63,675 nt of DNA, filler included, from Octopus bimaculoides (GCF_001194135.2; 7 parts of 7 records of this genome joined end to end with filler, not necessarily neighbours in it), one strand, 5' to 3'. Counted from the whole stretch's first letter, positions 28,001 through 42,959 are shown. The notes: generated by a model from the letters alone, not told the origin. Made by a program: numbers and translations.

Positions 28001-30677
28001 CTAATCTTACTATAAGAATTCCCCTCACGTTTTTCTAACAACTTTCAACTTCGTTTATAGCCCTTGAAGACAAAATTACAGTTTGGAATACTGAATGTTA
28101 TGAAAAAGCGTTTCACTCAGGGTTGTGGGAATAATATATTTACGACGCAATGATCAGACGTGATTGTTGCTCGATAACTTTCAAGTAGTCACTACATTCT
28201 GCTTAAATTTTCTCATTATAGACTTAGTGTCATAAATGCTTGAAACTCAGATTTTATCAAAACAAAAAGTATGATAATAGCTGATACAGACGTTAGCTGG
28301 GCCTAAATTGTGCCTTAATCTGAAACAGAAATAACGACCAATACAGACAAGAGCAATGAAATAAGATCACGTATTGAAAGCTAAAGAAGCTAAATGGTTT
28401 AACCTTGCAATGAATAATTTTGAAGAAGTGACAATTTTTATTAAAAAGAAGAAAGGAACTGGGATGTTCTTTATAACGTATGGTAATGCTACTTCAAAGT
28501 AAGAGTAAAATATCAGTTATTGCTTTTCTGAACAATATTACAATAAGAGGAAATAAGAAAAGGAACAATTCATAGATTAAGAAACTTTTAATATAGGAAG
28601 AAATGTAACCAAAGTGGGAGTAATAAGAAATGCAGGAAGATTAGTTTTGTGCCAAGAGAGGGTAGCATATTAAAAAGTAATTTAAAGTTTATGAGAAATA
28701 GATATGCAATTCCTATGGGATTTGTCATTAAAATTCCTGAATATCAAATATCACAATATCTAGGGGCTTATCTCGAAGAGTTGGACTAGAAATTGAAGAG
28801 ATAAAGGAAAATTACCACGAAATTTTATAGTCACCTTTATAAGGGTTTGGAGAAATTACTAGATTGTCTGTTCCATGCAAATCAATATATTATTAGCAAT
28901 TAAAATTCGCATGAGTGTGTTCAAAGTGATGTCTTCTGACATTACTCGATAAAGCTGCGATCTTCTGTAGTAACATAAAAGTGTTTTCTCATGAACGCTT
29001 CAAATATATGACTCTACATTTGGATTTGATATTAAAGAATGCTTAGCATAAAATATCTGTTGCTATTGTAATGAGCTCTTTTACTAGTTTTGATGTAAAT
29101 CTACATTCACTTGTCTGACTGCCTTTCGTCTGAAGTAAAATTTTCTTTCTCTAAAACACACAGCAAATGATACAAAAGGTTTTTTCTCAAGTACAACTGC
29201 ACTGCTGAGAATGTTCATGTATTACAGTAAATGCCATTAGTATGTTCTTGTAATACACTAAATACATTTACGATAGCATTTTACAAAGAGCAGATAAGAA
29301 AAGAGTAGATGAACGTTAACATTTTCTACTCTTTTCAATTGAATTTTATTTTCGCTGGGCTTTTCCAGACAGTGTGCAGCAGACTTAAAATTTGGACACA
29401 ATAGCTATGAAATAAAACGCGCTATACAACGAAGACGTTATTCAAACGAGTAACTATTTTAGCTTTATACTAACTCCACTTCAAATAATATTGCAACTTT
29501 TCTTTCAATTTTATTTTGTTGTCGTCTTTTTCTATTATTGCAGATCGTGTGGATAGTTCTGTCTGTGTCTAACTACAGTCAATTAAGAAACATCGATTTG
29601 AAAATAGAAAAATCTATATTTTGCTAAGGTTGAAGTGTGATCGAAATTTCTAGTTTGAAAGTATTACAAATTAATTTTCCTCTGGGCTGACCTTCCTAAT
29701 GAACCGCCTTTCACAAAGATATTTATGAGAAAGAACGTCTCAACGCTGTAAATTGTCACGAGCAATTACTAATTACATGTAATGTTTCAAATGAACTGAT
29801 TAATATATTCCTTTGTGCGGTGATATCTAATGTCAGACACACACACATACGCATACATGCTTACATATACATAAACGCATACATACACACATATACATAT
29901 AGTACATACATATATACATACACACNNNNNNNNNNTATATACATATATATAGACATACACAGACACACACACACATATATATGAGCACATATACGTATAC
30001 GTTTATGTATATTCATATATGTATATGAATGTCTTTGCATTTCTATGTACTTAGGTATCTGTGTATATAAGCATGTAACGTGTGAAGTAGATTATCTTAA
30101 ATTTATTGAGTTGAAGTGGAAGGAAAACGCCATATCATGGAAAATGACCACATAATTTAGTAATCTAAATATGAATTATTAAAGAAACCAGTTTAATATC
30201 TACATAATATCTCTTCTCATAGCGAATTAAGAAAGCGTGAATTAAGGAAGCATGATTTTTGGAACGGTTCCAGTGATTTCTCATCAAGTTTTTTTTTCTT
30301 TGGCAAACTGCTATTTAATATTAGCAATGTGAAAATCTTTAGAGAGCCAAACTGGCGGAGACAATAATGAGCAGTGCTCACTTACAAAGCAGTAATCACT
30401 TAAAGTAAATGTTTAAAATAAAACTCGCTAACATATATACGATAAGATATATGAAAGTGAGAATTCCTTCGATGTTAAACGAAATCAATGCGTCTCAAGA
30501 TATATTTAGAAATACATGTCTTTATATTTTCTTGGAAAATCTGTTTTATAGCAAAAAAGAAATAATTATATATTCTGTGAAAAACATCTAAAAGATTTAA
30601 ATTACTCAGAGACGGAATGGTAGTTGGTGAGGCAAAGAAAAGGCAGTTCACAACTTCGAAACCTGAGTATTTCATAA

Positions 30678-30747
<70 letters not shown>

Positions 30748-30871
30748 CTTTAACAACATACTAGCAGATCCNNNNNNNNNNNNNNNNNNNNNNNNNNNNN
30801 NNNNNNNNNNNNNNNTTAATTAATTAANNNNNNNNNNNNNNNNNNNNNNNNNNNNNNNNNNNNNNNNNNNN

Positions 30872-31350
30872 AATTACCAAGCAGCTTGCAAAGGTTCCGT
30901 GATGCTATAGAAAATATCAATCTTGATCCAAGCAATTTATGGGAAGATTTCAAAACAAAAGTATTTCAGGCTGCAAGTTCTTCAGTGGAATTTAATTCGT
31001 GTAAATCCAGTGACTGGTTTTCGGACAAATCACCAGAAATTCATGATCTGTTTTAAAAAAAACAAAACTTGTGCAATACACTTCTTTCTCAGTCTTTGAA
31101 CCCCAACTCAAACGAAGCTAACAGAAAGCTGAAAGGGAAAGTGCAGACTGCTCTAAGGAAAATTAAACAAGAATGGTGGAATGATAGGGCAAAAGGGGCG
31201 CAAGATGCAGCTGATAGAAATTATGCCAAGGGTTTGTACTCTTCTGTTAAGGAGATATATGACCCGAAATCTTCTTCAATGGCTCCGGTGAGAACAGCAA
31301 ATGGACCTTTGTTTTTGACTGACACCGCTTCTATTCACCGCTTCTATTCA
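30872..31350 (+). mobile_element. RTE-clade LINE ORF2 linker fragment
   Basis: WEDFKTKVFQAA...DWF...EI..L; KVQTALRKIKQEWWNDRAKGAQDAADRNYAKGLYSSVKEIYDP...VRTANGPLFLTD. Confidence 0.8.
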
Positions 31351-31974
31351 TAAGTAAAGAAACAGTCAAATTCTTCTCCCCCACCGTAGTATATGATTTA
31401 TAAATTATGTATCCAAATGTAGGGGGAGAGATTAAGATCCACAGAGGCCCTAAACACTTTTGGTGCCTCCATATACATGAAACAAAATTAACAGTAAGAT
31501 AGTAAATAACGTTTATTTTTGTTTACTTCCGCTTTATTTATATTTTTTAAGTTTTCTGTTTTTTTAATTGCAAAGTCTTTTATCATATTCTTACTATGGT
31601 ATTATGAACACTTCGAAATTATATTTCTGATCATATAAATCACTTTGAATATTATTTTAGCAAATTTAAAATGATTGCTTTTGTGCCGTAAACCATTTAC
31701 CATTTCCGTGGTGCCCCCATACACACCCACTCACACACACACACACACTTCCCTTGATGCCTTGAGCACGTGTTTATTTTGCTTAATGGTTAATCCAGCG
31801 CTGGTAAGGGTGCATTAATTAGCTTGTGAAGTAATGCTAGTTTGCTAATATTTTGGTTGCCTGCTGTCTTATTGATAAAAAAAAAAAAACATTATTTCAT
31901 TGAATGGTAAAAATTGAAGCAGTTTCTATGCGTATAATTCAAATACAAATTTCATAAACATACAGAACAATATA

Positions 31975-32185
31975 CATACATTCATACATACATACATACA
32001 TACATACATACATACATACATACATACATGCATACATACATACATACATACATACATACATACATACATACATACATACATACAGACGCATATGTATACA
32101 TAATTATATATATATATATTTATATTTATTTATTCATACATACATACATACATACATAGATACATATACACATACATATGTACAC
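31975..32185. repeat. (TACA)n microsatellite
   Basis: Direct inspection. Confidence 0.95.
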
Positions 32186-33004
32186 ATAAGGTATATACTA
32201 TAAAGTTGATATATGAAGAATCCCTGGTCCTATTCTGTCCATCAGTCTCGGTGGGTGGCCATTTATTATATTATTTTCGTTAGTTTTCATTCTTTATCGA
32301 CCTGTGGGTTTGGTTTTGTTGTTTTACTGGACTTCTCTGGAATCTCTTCATGGCTTCGAAGACAGGAGTATAAACAATTCCTTCGCTATAACAACAAATT
32401 AAAGCTATTAATTAAATGGACTTCCAGGCTCTGCATCCTTTCTTCAATGATATCTCCAGATGTACCAAACATTTACTGTTTACAAAGGTTGTTACTAATA
32501 CACCGGTAACAAGTGCAAATATGAACGGCAAATCGAGACCTTTTCTGTAAGGAAATAATGTGATAAATCGCATTGGAAGCCTACTCACACAACAAATGGC
32601 ATAACAGAAACAGTGACTTTCATTTTTTTAATCTTTTTTTTTTCTTTTCCAAAACTGAAATTTATGCAAATCCTGATACACATACATTTAGAAAATATGA
32701 AATTTAGGGATTGCTCAGTAACTTTCGTTATCTCCAGCAGGGAAGACCCCTCCCTCCATAGCAGTTAGACTCTTGAGGAAACTAGGCTGGAATAATTGTA
32801 TTCCTTTTTATATTTCTGGGAGTTTTTAAGACTTAGAGTTCTAAATACAGGGCTAAGTACTTTTTTGAAGTACAGTGGTTGATATAAGATGAGGTACTCT
32901 CTCATACACAGAGACATAGGAAAACAGTTAATCATTTTACTGAAGGTAGGAGTTTCAAATTATTTTAGTTGACATCGTGCTAAAGTTGGTCGAAATAAGA
33001 ATGA

Positions 33005-33243
33005 TAATAATTGCTTTCAAGGCTAGCAAGCCCAGAGGAGATGGACGAGTCGATTACATCGACTCCTGTACTCAACTGGGGTCGATGTAATTGACTTGCC
33101 CCTCTCCCAGTAATCGACTTACTCCAAAAGGATGAATGGTATAGTCGACCTCGGTGAGATTTGAACTCAGAACATAAAGACGGATGAAATACTGTTAAGC
33201 ATTTTGTCTAGCGTTCTAACGATTCTGACAGTCCGTTGCCTTA
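33005..33243 (-). mobile_element. SINE family A copy
   Basis: Homologous to other copies; (AAT)n at its 5' side. Confidence 0.7.
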
Positions 33244-33245
33244 AC

Positions 33246-33307
<62 letters not shown>

Positions 33308-34549
33308 CAACAACAACAACCCCCCAGTAGACACAATATCTTCGGTCAACAACTGAATCTATAACATAAGTACCAGTAGAGCAGTGTGGGTCGACTTACT
33401 CTGCTCTCACGAAATTTGAAAACTGGGAAACAATATTTCAGTTGTTATGCATTAGACATTTCCTTCCCATGGATTTATAGATTACAATATCATCGCCTTT
33501 AGTTATTTCCTGTTACAGTCCTAATCGATAGTGCTCTTAATACAGCGATAGTTACTAAACGACATTTAAAAACAATGGCAAGAAACTTCCACAAGTTCAT
33601 CATCAATATCAAAAGAATAGTTGCAAAAAATTATTTTAACGTTTCTTCAATTTCAAACAATAAACGACCAGAGTCCAACAAAATACATTTCCTTCTGTGT
33701 TGTGAGAACGATTGCTTTTTGTATTCTGAGATTATCTTCAACATTGCTTTTGTACAGTTGATAAACCTCTTCAATGTGAAATAAGAACAGCGGGAAAAGA
33801 CAAAGAAATGGTGATGCATAATCTCAGGATTAAGATGTTATACGAGAAATGTTATAGTAATATGTATCGTAGGTTCTTTTTTTTTTTTTTTTTCAGTTGT
33901 AGTGCACCTGAGCCCTGTATCTCATAATTCCATGATATGTTATTATATTGTAACTTGATATGAAAGATCTTGGTGGCGAAAGTCTTTGAATAAATATTTC
34001 TAACTGGTAGGATCCGAGCAAAGCATTTCGTCGATGATCAGATTGCACTTTCTCTTCAAGACCCTTATACACAAATAGTTTCTTGTATTGTTTTATATAT
34101 ATATACATACTACTTTTATATATTTTAAAGTTTTAACTGTTTATAGTTTGGACAAGATGGATAATCGATATATATATATATATATTCAATTTTGAATTAA
34201 AATAGCCGTAAAATATAAGTTTCACACATCCCAGGAAATAGGCCCACAGCACTCATCCGCTTTATGAATTGCCACAACACCCAGAAATTCTTTACATTGC
34301 TAAAAAGGCTTCACAAAGGTTGAATTTTCTTGTGAAAACAAGAAAGTAAGTCAGCCGCAAACAATTATTAGTTCTGTACAAGTGACGCAGCATTTTTGGA
34401 CTGAAATACTGTGAAGTTATCTATAAGCAGGTACACACGTGCACGTACACACATACACAAACACCCACACACACATGCACCTCCCACCACACGCAAACGC
34501 ATACACTATTTCTATTCTTTTGACGTTATTAACTATAAGCATATCTCCG

Positions 34550-34587
<38 letters not shown>

Positions 34588-35404
34588 CAATAAAACATTC
34601 TCCTCCCTAGTAAGAGTGAACTCAACAAAACTGCAATCTGTCACGATTTCTCCACATGAAGGTGATGGGTTGCCAGACCCATTACAGCATCGAGCAAAAT
34701 GTCCTGGCACTATGCGTATGGCTCTTTAAGTTCTGAGTTTAAACCTTGTCGAGGTCGACTTTACCTTTTATTCCTCCAGGTTCGATAAAGTAAAATGCCA
34801 GCCAAATATTGGTGCTGGTTTGATAAGCTGACCACCTCCTTCGCAATTACTAGCCTTCGGCCTAAATTACACACGTTTATTTCTCTATTTTACATTCAAC
34901 GACAAAAACTACGATGGTTCTAATCAATTTATTTCGTTTTAGAATCCTAAAAGGTCCCTTTCTCTATTCAGTACAATATGTGAGTGTTTGTTAGTAGTGG
35001 AGAGATAAATATTTATTCCACAGTCGCCTGGTAGCTTGAATAATTCACTTTCTAAGCTGTCGGTGACAATAAAAGCCTGGCTGAGTCAGCAGATTTGGCA
35101 GAATGTCGCTTCCATTATTTCTGTCTCTTGCAACTGTATCATCGTGAAACGAAATAGATACTCCAGGATATTAAAACTTTACCCTTTCATTTTCCATATT
35201 TTTCTTAGTTGCTTTCAGTCAATAAACTGCAGTCAAGCTGGAGCACCACTTTCAGCTTGTGTGTGGAGGTTGTAGCCGATTATAGTATTTATTTCAGTGT
35301 ACTATTTCTTTTATCGATCTCTAGTTATCGACTCGCTACCTAGCTTTTCAATGCAAAGAGATACAACAAATCAGTTTATATTTACTGATTGACACCGGTA
35401 AATA

Positions 35405-35700
35405 ATCACAGGTGAGCGCTCCAACTGATCCGATCAACGGAACAGCCATCTCGTGATATTAATATGCAAGTGACTGAGCACTCCACAGTCATGCGCACTC
35501 TTAACGTAGTTCTCAGGGAGACACGGAATGTGACATGGCTGACCCTTTGAAATACAGTCACAATTCATTTTTGCCAGCTGAATGGACTGGAGCAACGATA
35601 AATGAAGTGTCTTGCTCAAGGACACCTTGCACCCTTGGCAATTAAACTCCCGGTCTTACGATCGTCAGCCGAATACCACGAACCACGAAGCCACTAAGCT
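35405..35700 (-). mobile_element. tRNA-derived SINE, family C (...ccttgagcaagacacttcattt...)
   Basis: Shares the ttgagcaa.acacttcattt core with the + copy at 38742-38870, which has tRNA-like A/B boxes. Confidence 0.6.
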
Positions 35701-35859
35701 TACGCATGATTCTTCTCAAGTTTAAAATGTGACATTGTTTTTGATATCAACATTCCAGCGATGGAGCTTTGAAGTCTTGTTTAGAAACCAGCTCCTTCCT
35801 CGGAGGAAGAATTTCAATAATTAAAAACTGAACATAACATAACATAACATAACATCCAT

Positions 35860-35902
<43 letters not shown>

Positions 35903-36104
35903 TGCATACTTGCATGCATGCACGTATACATGTATACATGTATGTGTGTGTGTATTTATATGTATGTGTGTGTGTATTTATATGTATGTCATTATTCAGT
36001 TTATTTCAAGATTTCTTGCCAGTAGAGAAAGAGCTGGTTTCTAACCTAGATCCAAGGTTCCTTCATTGGAATTCCAACATCAACAACAGAGTGTTTTTGT
36101 AGTG

Positions 36105-36450
36105 TGTATGTATGTATGCACGTATGTATATATGCATGTATCTATGTATGTGTGCATGTATGTCTGCATATATGTATGTATGTATGTATGCATGTATGTA
36201 AGAATGTATGTATGCGTATTGTATGTATGTATGTATGTATGTATACATGTATGTATGAATGTATGTATGTACGTGTGTATGCATTATGTACGTGTGTATG
36301 TATGTTAGAGTGTATGTATGTATATAAGAATGTATGTATGTGTGTGTATGTATGAATGTATGTGTGAATGTATGTATGCGTGTATGCATGTATGCATGAA
36401 TGTATGTGTGTATGTATGTATGTCTGTATGCGTGAATGTGTGTATGCACG
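36105..36450. repeat. Degenerate (GTAT)n microsatellite
   Basis: Direct inspection. Confidence 0.95.
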
Positions 36451-37379
36451 TGCGCCTACGTCCAGACACACAGTTGAGCCTACTACTAGTCTCATCAACT
36501 CAAGTCTGATATTTCTCGATTTGCCTTACAATTACAATGAAAAGAAAAGAAACGCGTATCACTGCCTCGTGAGGATAGCTCAGATCTGCAATTTAACGTG
36601 TTTGAAAAAAGGATTTTGTTTAAATATCGACATAACAATGTCGTTTAAACAAAAGATGACCTTTCAATAGAAAATAGTTCTATTTGATGTTCACACTGCA
36701 AAATATTTCAACTAACAAAACTGGTTTCGAGTCTTTAACGTGTTACTTGATAGATTTATTCTTTACTTTAGAACTTTTTTTACGAGTACTGCCACATCAC
36801 CGAAGATTGAGTCGTTGGATTCCCTTGTGGCACATACCAGAAACAACATCTGTTCATACCGCAGCAGACCTTCCTTTAAATGTCGTTAGACCTTGTTGTT
36901 CTTTACAACATTTTGCTACTCTCTTCACATCCGAATATATTCTTGACAAACCATTTTTAAGGTTAAATGTAATATTGCACACAAAAATCTTTTTTCTTAA
37001 ACGGTTTTATTTCCTGTATATGGGTACTTATATGGTATAATACCACAATTTTTGTTATATGCGATTGTGTCTTTTACGAAATGACTCTAACAGGTGTGTG
37101 TTTATTACTGAAATCTGAAGAGGTTACTATAGAGATAAAAGAGTTAGAGGTCGATATATTAAGAGATGACAACAAAGGGCGTAAAGTTACCCGGGGAATT
37201 TTATTTGTGACAAAGATTGTGTGTGTTTATCTGTCACTACCACTTCATGGTTGTAGCAGACTGAGCAGAGAGGACATTGGTCAATGTGAAACCAACGATG
37301 ACTGAAAGACTCTGGGTTAAAACAAAAAATACGGAAAATCTGATATTACCAACACACCACCAATGTCTAGCCATGAACA

Positions 37380-38080
37380 ACTACAAAAATGAATTAATGA
37401 ATAACAATACTGACTTTAAAGTGCAGAGTATGCAATAAGACTTGGCCATATCATTTCCAACAGTCCAATCCTTGACAAGCTCAAAGACATTCACAGAAAT
37501 GATTTCGTCCGTCATTACAGCCGTGTGTAACACATTTGTACCTGTTCCGACACAGTTTGGGGGGTCACTGTTACTCTCGCACGAGAAGCCAAATAGGTTG
37601 CTGACTCGAATCTCTGTAATGAAGAGTTGACTGAGCGTACATTTTACTGGTTGATTCTGAACAGCGTCCGACACTGTTTATACGAAAGCTTTTTGTATGC
37701 GTGTCTCTCGCTAAATAGTTTTACCAGGTTTCTTTCTGTTGTACTTTTGATGTATGTTGAAAGCAAACTTAGATCTTCATAGTAGATGATAAGTGCAGCA
37801 GTTTCGACTTGCATATCTCTGTGGGTGTCTAGTTTATCCTTTTGCCATGTAATGACCAAACCAGATGTCGGTTTGGGGAGTGAGGAGGCATGCCGCTTGT
37901 CCTGCATTCGGTTTTCTCTTTCAGCGCGATATCTGTCAGTACCAGTTCGAACTTACAGCATATGGCCTACAGAAGCACATGTTTGTGTTACAGTCTCCAT
38001 CTTGGCCCATGACTACGGGCCAGTTTCTAGCCTTTTCTTTCCTTAGCCTTGAAATCTCCCATCAGTAGCACTTTGTCTGT
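37380..38080 (-). mobile_element. Degenerate RTE-clade endonuclease fragment
   Basis: Minus strand DKVLLMGDFKAK...W..VMGQDG...C..FELVLTD, followed by decayed HP.S / RD..D motifs; multiple frameshifts. Confidence 0.7.
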
Positions 38081-38457
38081 GCAAAACATGTTACGTAAAG
38101 TTTGTGATAACTAGTTGTAATAACATGAGTTGGCAGCGAGCCGCATCTTCTGGTCGACTCGACCAGAAGCAATTTTAAAATATGTTCAACTTGTTTGGAT
38201 TTGGTTTACAACTAATCTTCCGCAACTTAACATTCTTTATAATCTTAATTATATTCCATGGGACTAGTGCTTTGCATCCGTTTCTTTGGCATTAAGTAAA
38301 TTCGAATCACAATATTATTTTCTCAGACGTAGTTCATTTAAAAAGGTTCCTGGCTATTTTCGAATCCTAGATAGTCCAGTACTTAATTTGATCAACATTT
38401 TTCGTTTCTCATCATAGTCTGTTGATGGATATAATTATTAATATATATATATATATA

Positions 38458-38490
<33 letters not shown>

Positions 38491-39537
38491 NNNNNNNNNN
38501 NNNNNNNNNNNNNNNNNNNNNNNNNNNNNNNNNNNNNNNNNNNNNNNNNNNNNNNNNNNNNNNNNNNNNNNNNNNNNNNNNNNNNNNNNNNNNNNNNNNN
38601 NNNNNNNNNNNNNNNNNNNNNNNNNNNNNNNNNNNNNNNNNNNNNNNNNNNNNNNNNNNNNNNNNNNNNNNNNNNNNNNNNNNNNNNNNNNNNNNNNNNN
38701 NNNNNNNNNNNNNNNNNNNNNGTGGTGTTATTTAATATTTGTGGAGGCGCGTGGCTTAGAGGTTACGGTGTTGCATTGATGATCGTAAGTTTTTGGTTTC
38801 GATTCTTGAACCGGGTTTTACTTTGTTTTCTTGAGCAAAACACTTCATTTCAAATTAGTCATCCTGCGACCGACCGACCGGCCTTATGAGCTTATGGCTC
38901 GGTGACGAGTATTGATTTTTATTTTTTATCTTTTTTATTTTTAATATTTACCACCACGATACTAAGACTATTTAACTTTATTACATCGTTTATGCAATAG
39001 AGTATTAATCCTTCCGTAGCAATTACTTTAACATTTTATCTTAATAATACATACGAATGTTATTTCAAAGGCTGACTGAAATAATTCGGTTCCAATTCTT
39101 GCAATAGTATTCTATGGATCAATGAAATGAAATAGGAGCGGTTAGCCGAGATTAAGTTTATTTTACCGCGGCGCCTGAAAGGGCAACAATTTCTGTCAGC
39201 ATACCACATGCAGATGGGCGTGTGCTTTATGAACATGCAAGCACGTATAGCAAGAATGCAAGGTTACATGTGCAGACACACACACACACATACTCACACC
39301 TAATACATGTATGTGCGTCTATGTATGTATGTGTGTGTGCATTTATGTACGAGTATATATACAATATATATAGGCGCAGGCGTGGCTGTGTGGTAAGAAC
39401 CTTTTTTCCCAATCACGTGGCACCTTGTGCAAGTCTCTTCTACTATAGCCTTGGGCCGACCTAAGCGTTGTGAGTGGATTTGGTAGACGGAGACTGAAAG
39501 AAGTCCGTCGTATATATATATATATATATATATATTC

Positions 39538-39583
<46 letters not shown>

Positions 39584-39872
39584 GAATTTACAAAAAAACA
39601 AAAGACGAAGACAGGTGTGTAAACAACAAACAGATGTATTAGTTTATATATATTCATCTCTGTGTGTATCTTTGTTCCCCCACCATCGCTTGACAACCGA
39701 TGTTGGTGTGTTCATGTCCCCGAAACTTAGTGGTTCGGCAAAAGAGACGGATAGAATAAGTAATAGGATTACAAAGAATAAGTCATGGAGTCAATTTCCT
39801 CGAATAAAGATGGTACTCCAGCATGGCCGCAGTCAAATGAGTGAAACGTGTAAAAGAGTATATATGTATATT

Positions 39873-39911
<39 letters not shown>

Positions 39912-40001
39912 GGGCGGGCGCATACATACATAATCATATATGTACGTGAGTATGTATATATATATATATTGACAAGGGGCAACACCCAGAAATATTAATA
40001 A

Positions 40002-40048
<47 letters not shown>

Positions 40049-40575
40049 AACTTACACACAGACACATGTATATAGTCTTTTCTTACTATAGAATGTCTGT
40101 ATTTGTGTGTGTGAGTGTGTGTGCGTGCGTGCGCGCGCGCAAAATTATACACAAAAAGAGCGAGGGAAAGGATGGTGGAATGGTGAATAAAAACATGAAA
40201 GCAATGCTGCCTTGCCACGGTGTACTTAGATGGAGCATATTTCAGATATTTCCTAATGTATCGTGACCGAGGAGCAATTTATGAAAGCTAAAGACTGAGA
40301 GATGATATTCGCAATGCTCTACATCAACTGCTACGTGTCATTATGAAGCAGACGATAACAAACAGGCTGCTATTAATATTTCTTAAGCAGATGTAAGATC
40401 GGACAAAAATTTTTGGTAATATTTGATTGCCAAAAGTATTGTCAAAATATTTTTGAAAATTTATTATTTCGAAATCCATGATTAGCGAACGAAATTTCTT
40501 TCATTGGTATTTGTTTTAGATATTATCAGAAAGTTTTTCACTATTCATAACCCTCTGGTGTTTGTGGGAGTTTAA

Positions 40576-40576
<1 letters not shown>

Positions 40577-40625
<49 letters not shown>

Positions 40626-40645
40626 TAATAATAATAATAATAATG

Positions 40646-40694
<49 letters not shown>

Positions 40695-40845
40695 TAATAA
40701 TAATAATAATAATGATAATAATAATAATAATAATAATAATGATAATAATAATAATAATAATGATAATAATAATGATAATAATAATAATAATAATAATGAT
40801 AATAATGATAATAATAATAATAATAATAATGATGATGATGATGAT
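40577..40845. repeat. (AAT)n array with interspersed GAT
   Basis: Direct inspection. Confidence 0.97.
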
Positions 40846-40854
40846 TAGAAGAAG

Positions 40855-41030
40855 AATCGTTTCAAATTTCGGCACAAGGCCAGCAGTTTTAGGGATAGGT
40901 GTTACTCCATTACGTCGATCTCAGTGTTCAACTGGTCCTTATTTTAATGATCCCGAAAGAATGAAAAGCGAAGTCGACCTCGGCGGTATTTGAACTGTAA
41001 AGGCGGACGAAATGCGGCGGAACATTTTGT
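40855..41030 (-). mobile_element. SINE family A copy whose tail is the long (AAT/GAT)n array
   Basis: Homology to other copies; 3' end directly joins the array at 40577-40845. Confidence 0.7.
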
Positions 41031-41650
41031 GCTTGTCATTGATATTTACATGAATTAACAGCTTTCTCTGATATCATAATATATTATCTATATCATTGGG
41101 GTCTAAAGATCTTTAGTCAACCTCAATCTTCTTATTCGCCCTTCTGTGCAATGCTGGAGTACTTTTGTTGAAAACTTTATAAATAGACTTCGAGAACCGA
41201 CAAAGAATCCTCAGCCGAAGTAATTCCACACAAGGATAACTATCTATATTCTAGCTGAGTACGAAAAGGTTCTTAGGTTAAGACCCAGCCAAAGCTTTGA
41301 AGTGAAGGAATGTTTTCAAGCACTGATCGGAAGCTGTCTAGTAGAGTCGCTTCTCAAGCGACCAACTGTCGACTGATTTAAAGATCACAAAGGAAATGAC
41401 GGTGCTTAACCAACGTGCAAATAATCTATATTGACCCAGAAACACAATGACCGTAAGATACATACATACATTCATGCATACATACATACATACATACATA
41501 TATACATACATACATACATACATAAACAACATTCATATTATAAATTTATTTCTAAACATGCCGCATATTCATTCCCGTGGTTATTTCAAAACATGTTTAA
41601 TACACACATAAGCACAGATACATGTAAGTCCAGACACGCACATAAACACA

Positions 41651-41689
<39 letters not shown>

Positions 41690-42959
41690 ATTGTATACAT
41701 TTGAATAATTCTTATATATAAAATATATTTGTGCGTAGGTATGTGTACATACGTATGTATTTATGTGTGTCTATACGTATGTAGATATACGCATATACCT
41801 AGCTTCGTCCTCACGTACACAAACCTATGTCCATAGATGTATTTCCTCAAAGTACAACTGAGATATTTAACGTAAACACTGGAATACTCGGTTACCTTAA
41901 GGTTGTTTTGTTAAAGATAACACTTCTTTTCATCATGTTGCACGAATTACTGCATTCCTCTTCGGAAGAAGTAAACTGTTAACTGATGATGGAAGAGCAC
42001 AGTGATGAAACAAGCTGGAGATACACGACACCGCACAAACAATACATGAACACTATCAAAAATAAAAGGAATCTACTTTGAGATATAAAATCGGACGTCG
42101 AGTTGAGTTTGAAATGGGAAGGATTAACTAATGAGTACAGAGCAAAAGTAAATAAATAAAAAAGAAAATATTTAGGGAAGTTTTCAGGGAAAGGTACATT
42201 GGGTGAGAAGAAAGAAAATAAAGATTACTTCAAATGTATGTAGAGTATACACACACACACATACATACACACACACACACACGCATACATACATATATGC
42301 ATAGAGATTGTTGTTGCTATTGATTAACCCTAGGCCATCCCCGATGAAGGAAACCTATGATCGAATTGTTCCAGCCTGACCATGTCATATTATATTCAGA
42401 TACAATGTAAGTCACACTACACTATACAAAGTATCTTTTCAAAGATTGTTGATTGTGATATGAGGCGGTTGAGCGACCAAATGATGTTGTTGTGCTCTTG
42501 GGATTGTATCATCCACGTAGATGGTTCACCTCAGTCAACAACAAAAGAGACCCTTAAATCTTTAAGCGAACAATTCCTCTCCTTTGGCTGTTTCTGCTCC
42601 TCCAGAGGTTTATCTCGATTAGAGATATTTTACAAACAACAGTCTCAGCATTCATCAGATATTGAGATAAACATGGATATAATTATTGGAATTTCATGAG
42701 ATTAATTACACGACTTCCTAATGAAATTAATTGGGACTTACTGATTATGTGCATTAATTAATGGCTTGAGTTCCTATTAAGTGCGGAAACACTTTATCTG
42801 TTAAAATGGACAGGTCGTACATTTAGCAACATCAGCCTTAATTACAATTTAATAAAGGTAATTCGACTATTCAATATAAATGGCTGATGTAAATCTACTT
42901 TAAGATTTGATAAAGACATAGCATGAAGATATCAGAACCATGTCCAATAGCACAATGGT

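Noticed and set aside
27140-28041. Protein-looking ORFs 27140-27370(+) and 27697-28041(-)
   Set aside because: No recognisable family; part looks like a decayed RTE endonuclease on +; several frames are equally plausible. Left unresolved.
37931-37948. ICQYQF resembling the Wnt exon-2 ECQ.QF motif
   Set aside because: No RWNC follows, and the region is the antisense of an RTE endonuclease.
40213-40224. CHGV resembling Wnt CKCHGVSGSC
   Set aside because: Flanks do not match (LPCHGVLRW), and it lies upstream of the recognised exon.
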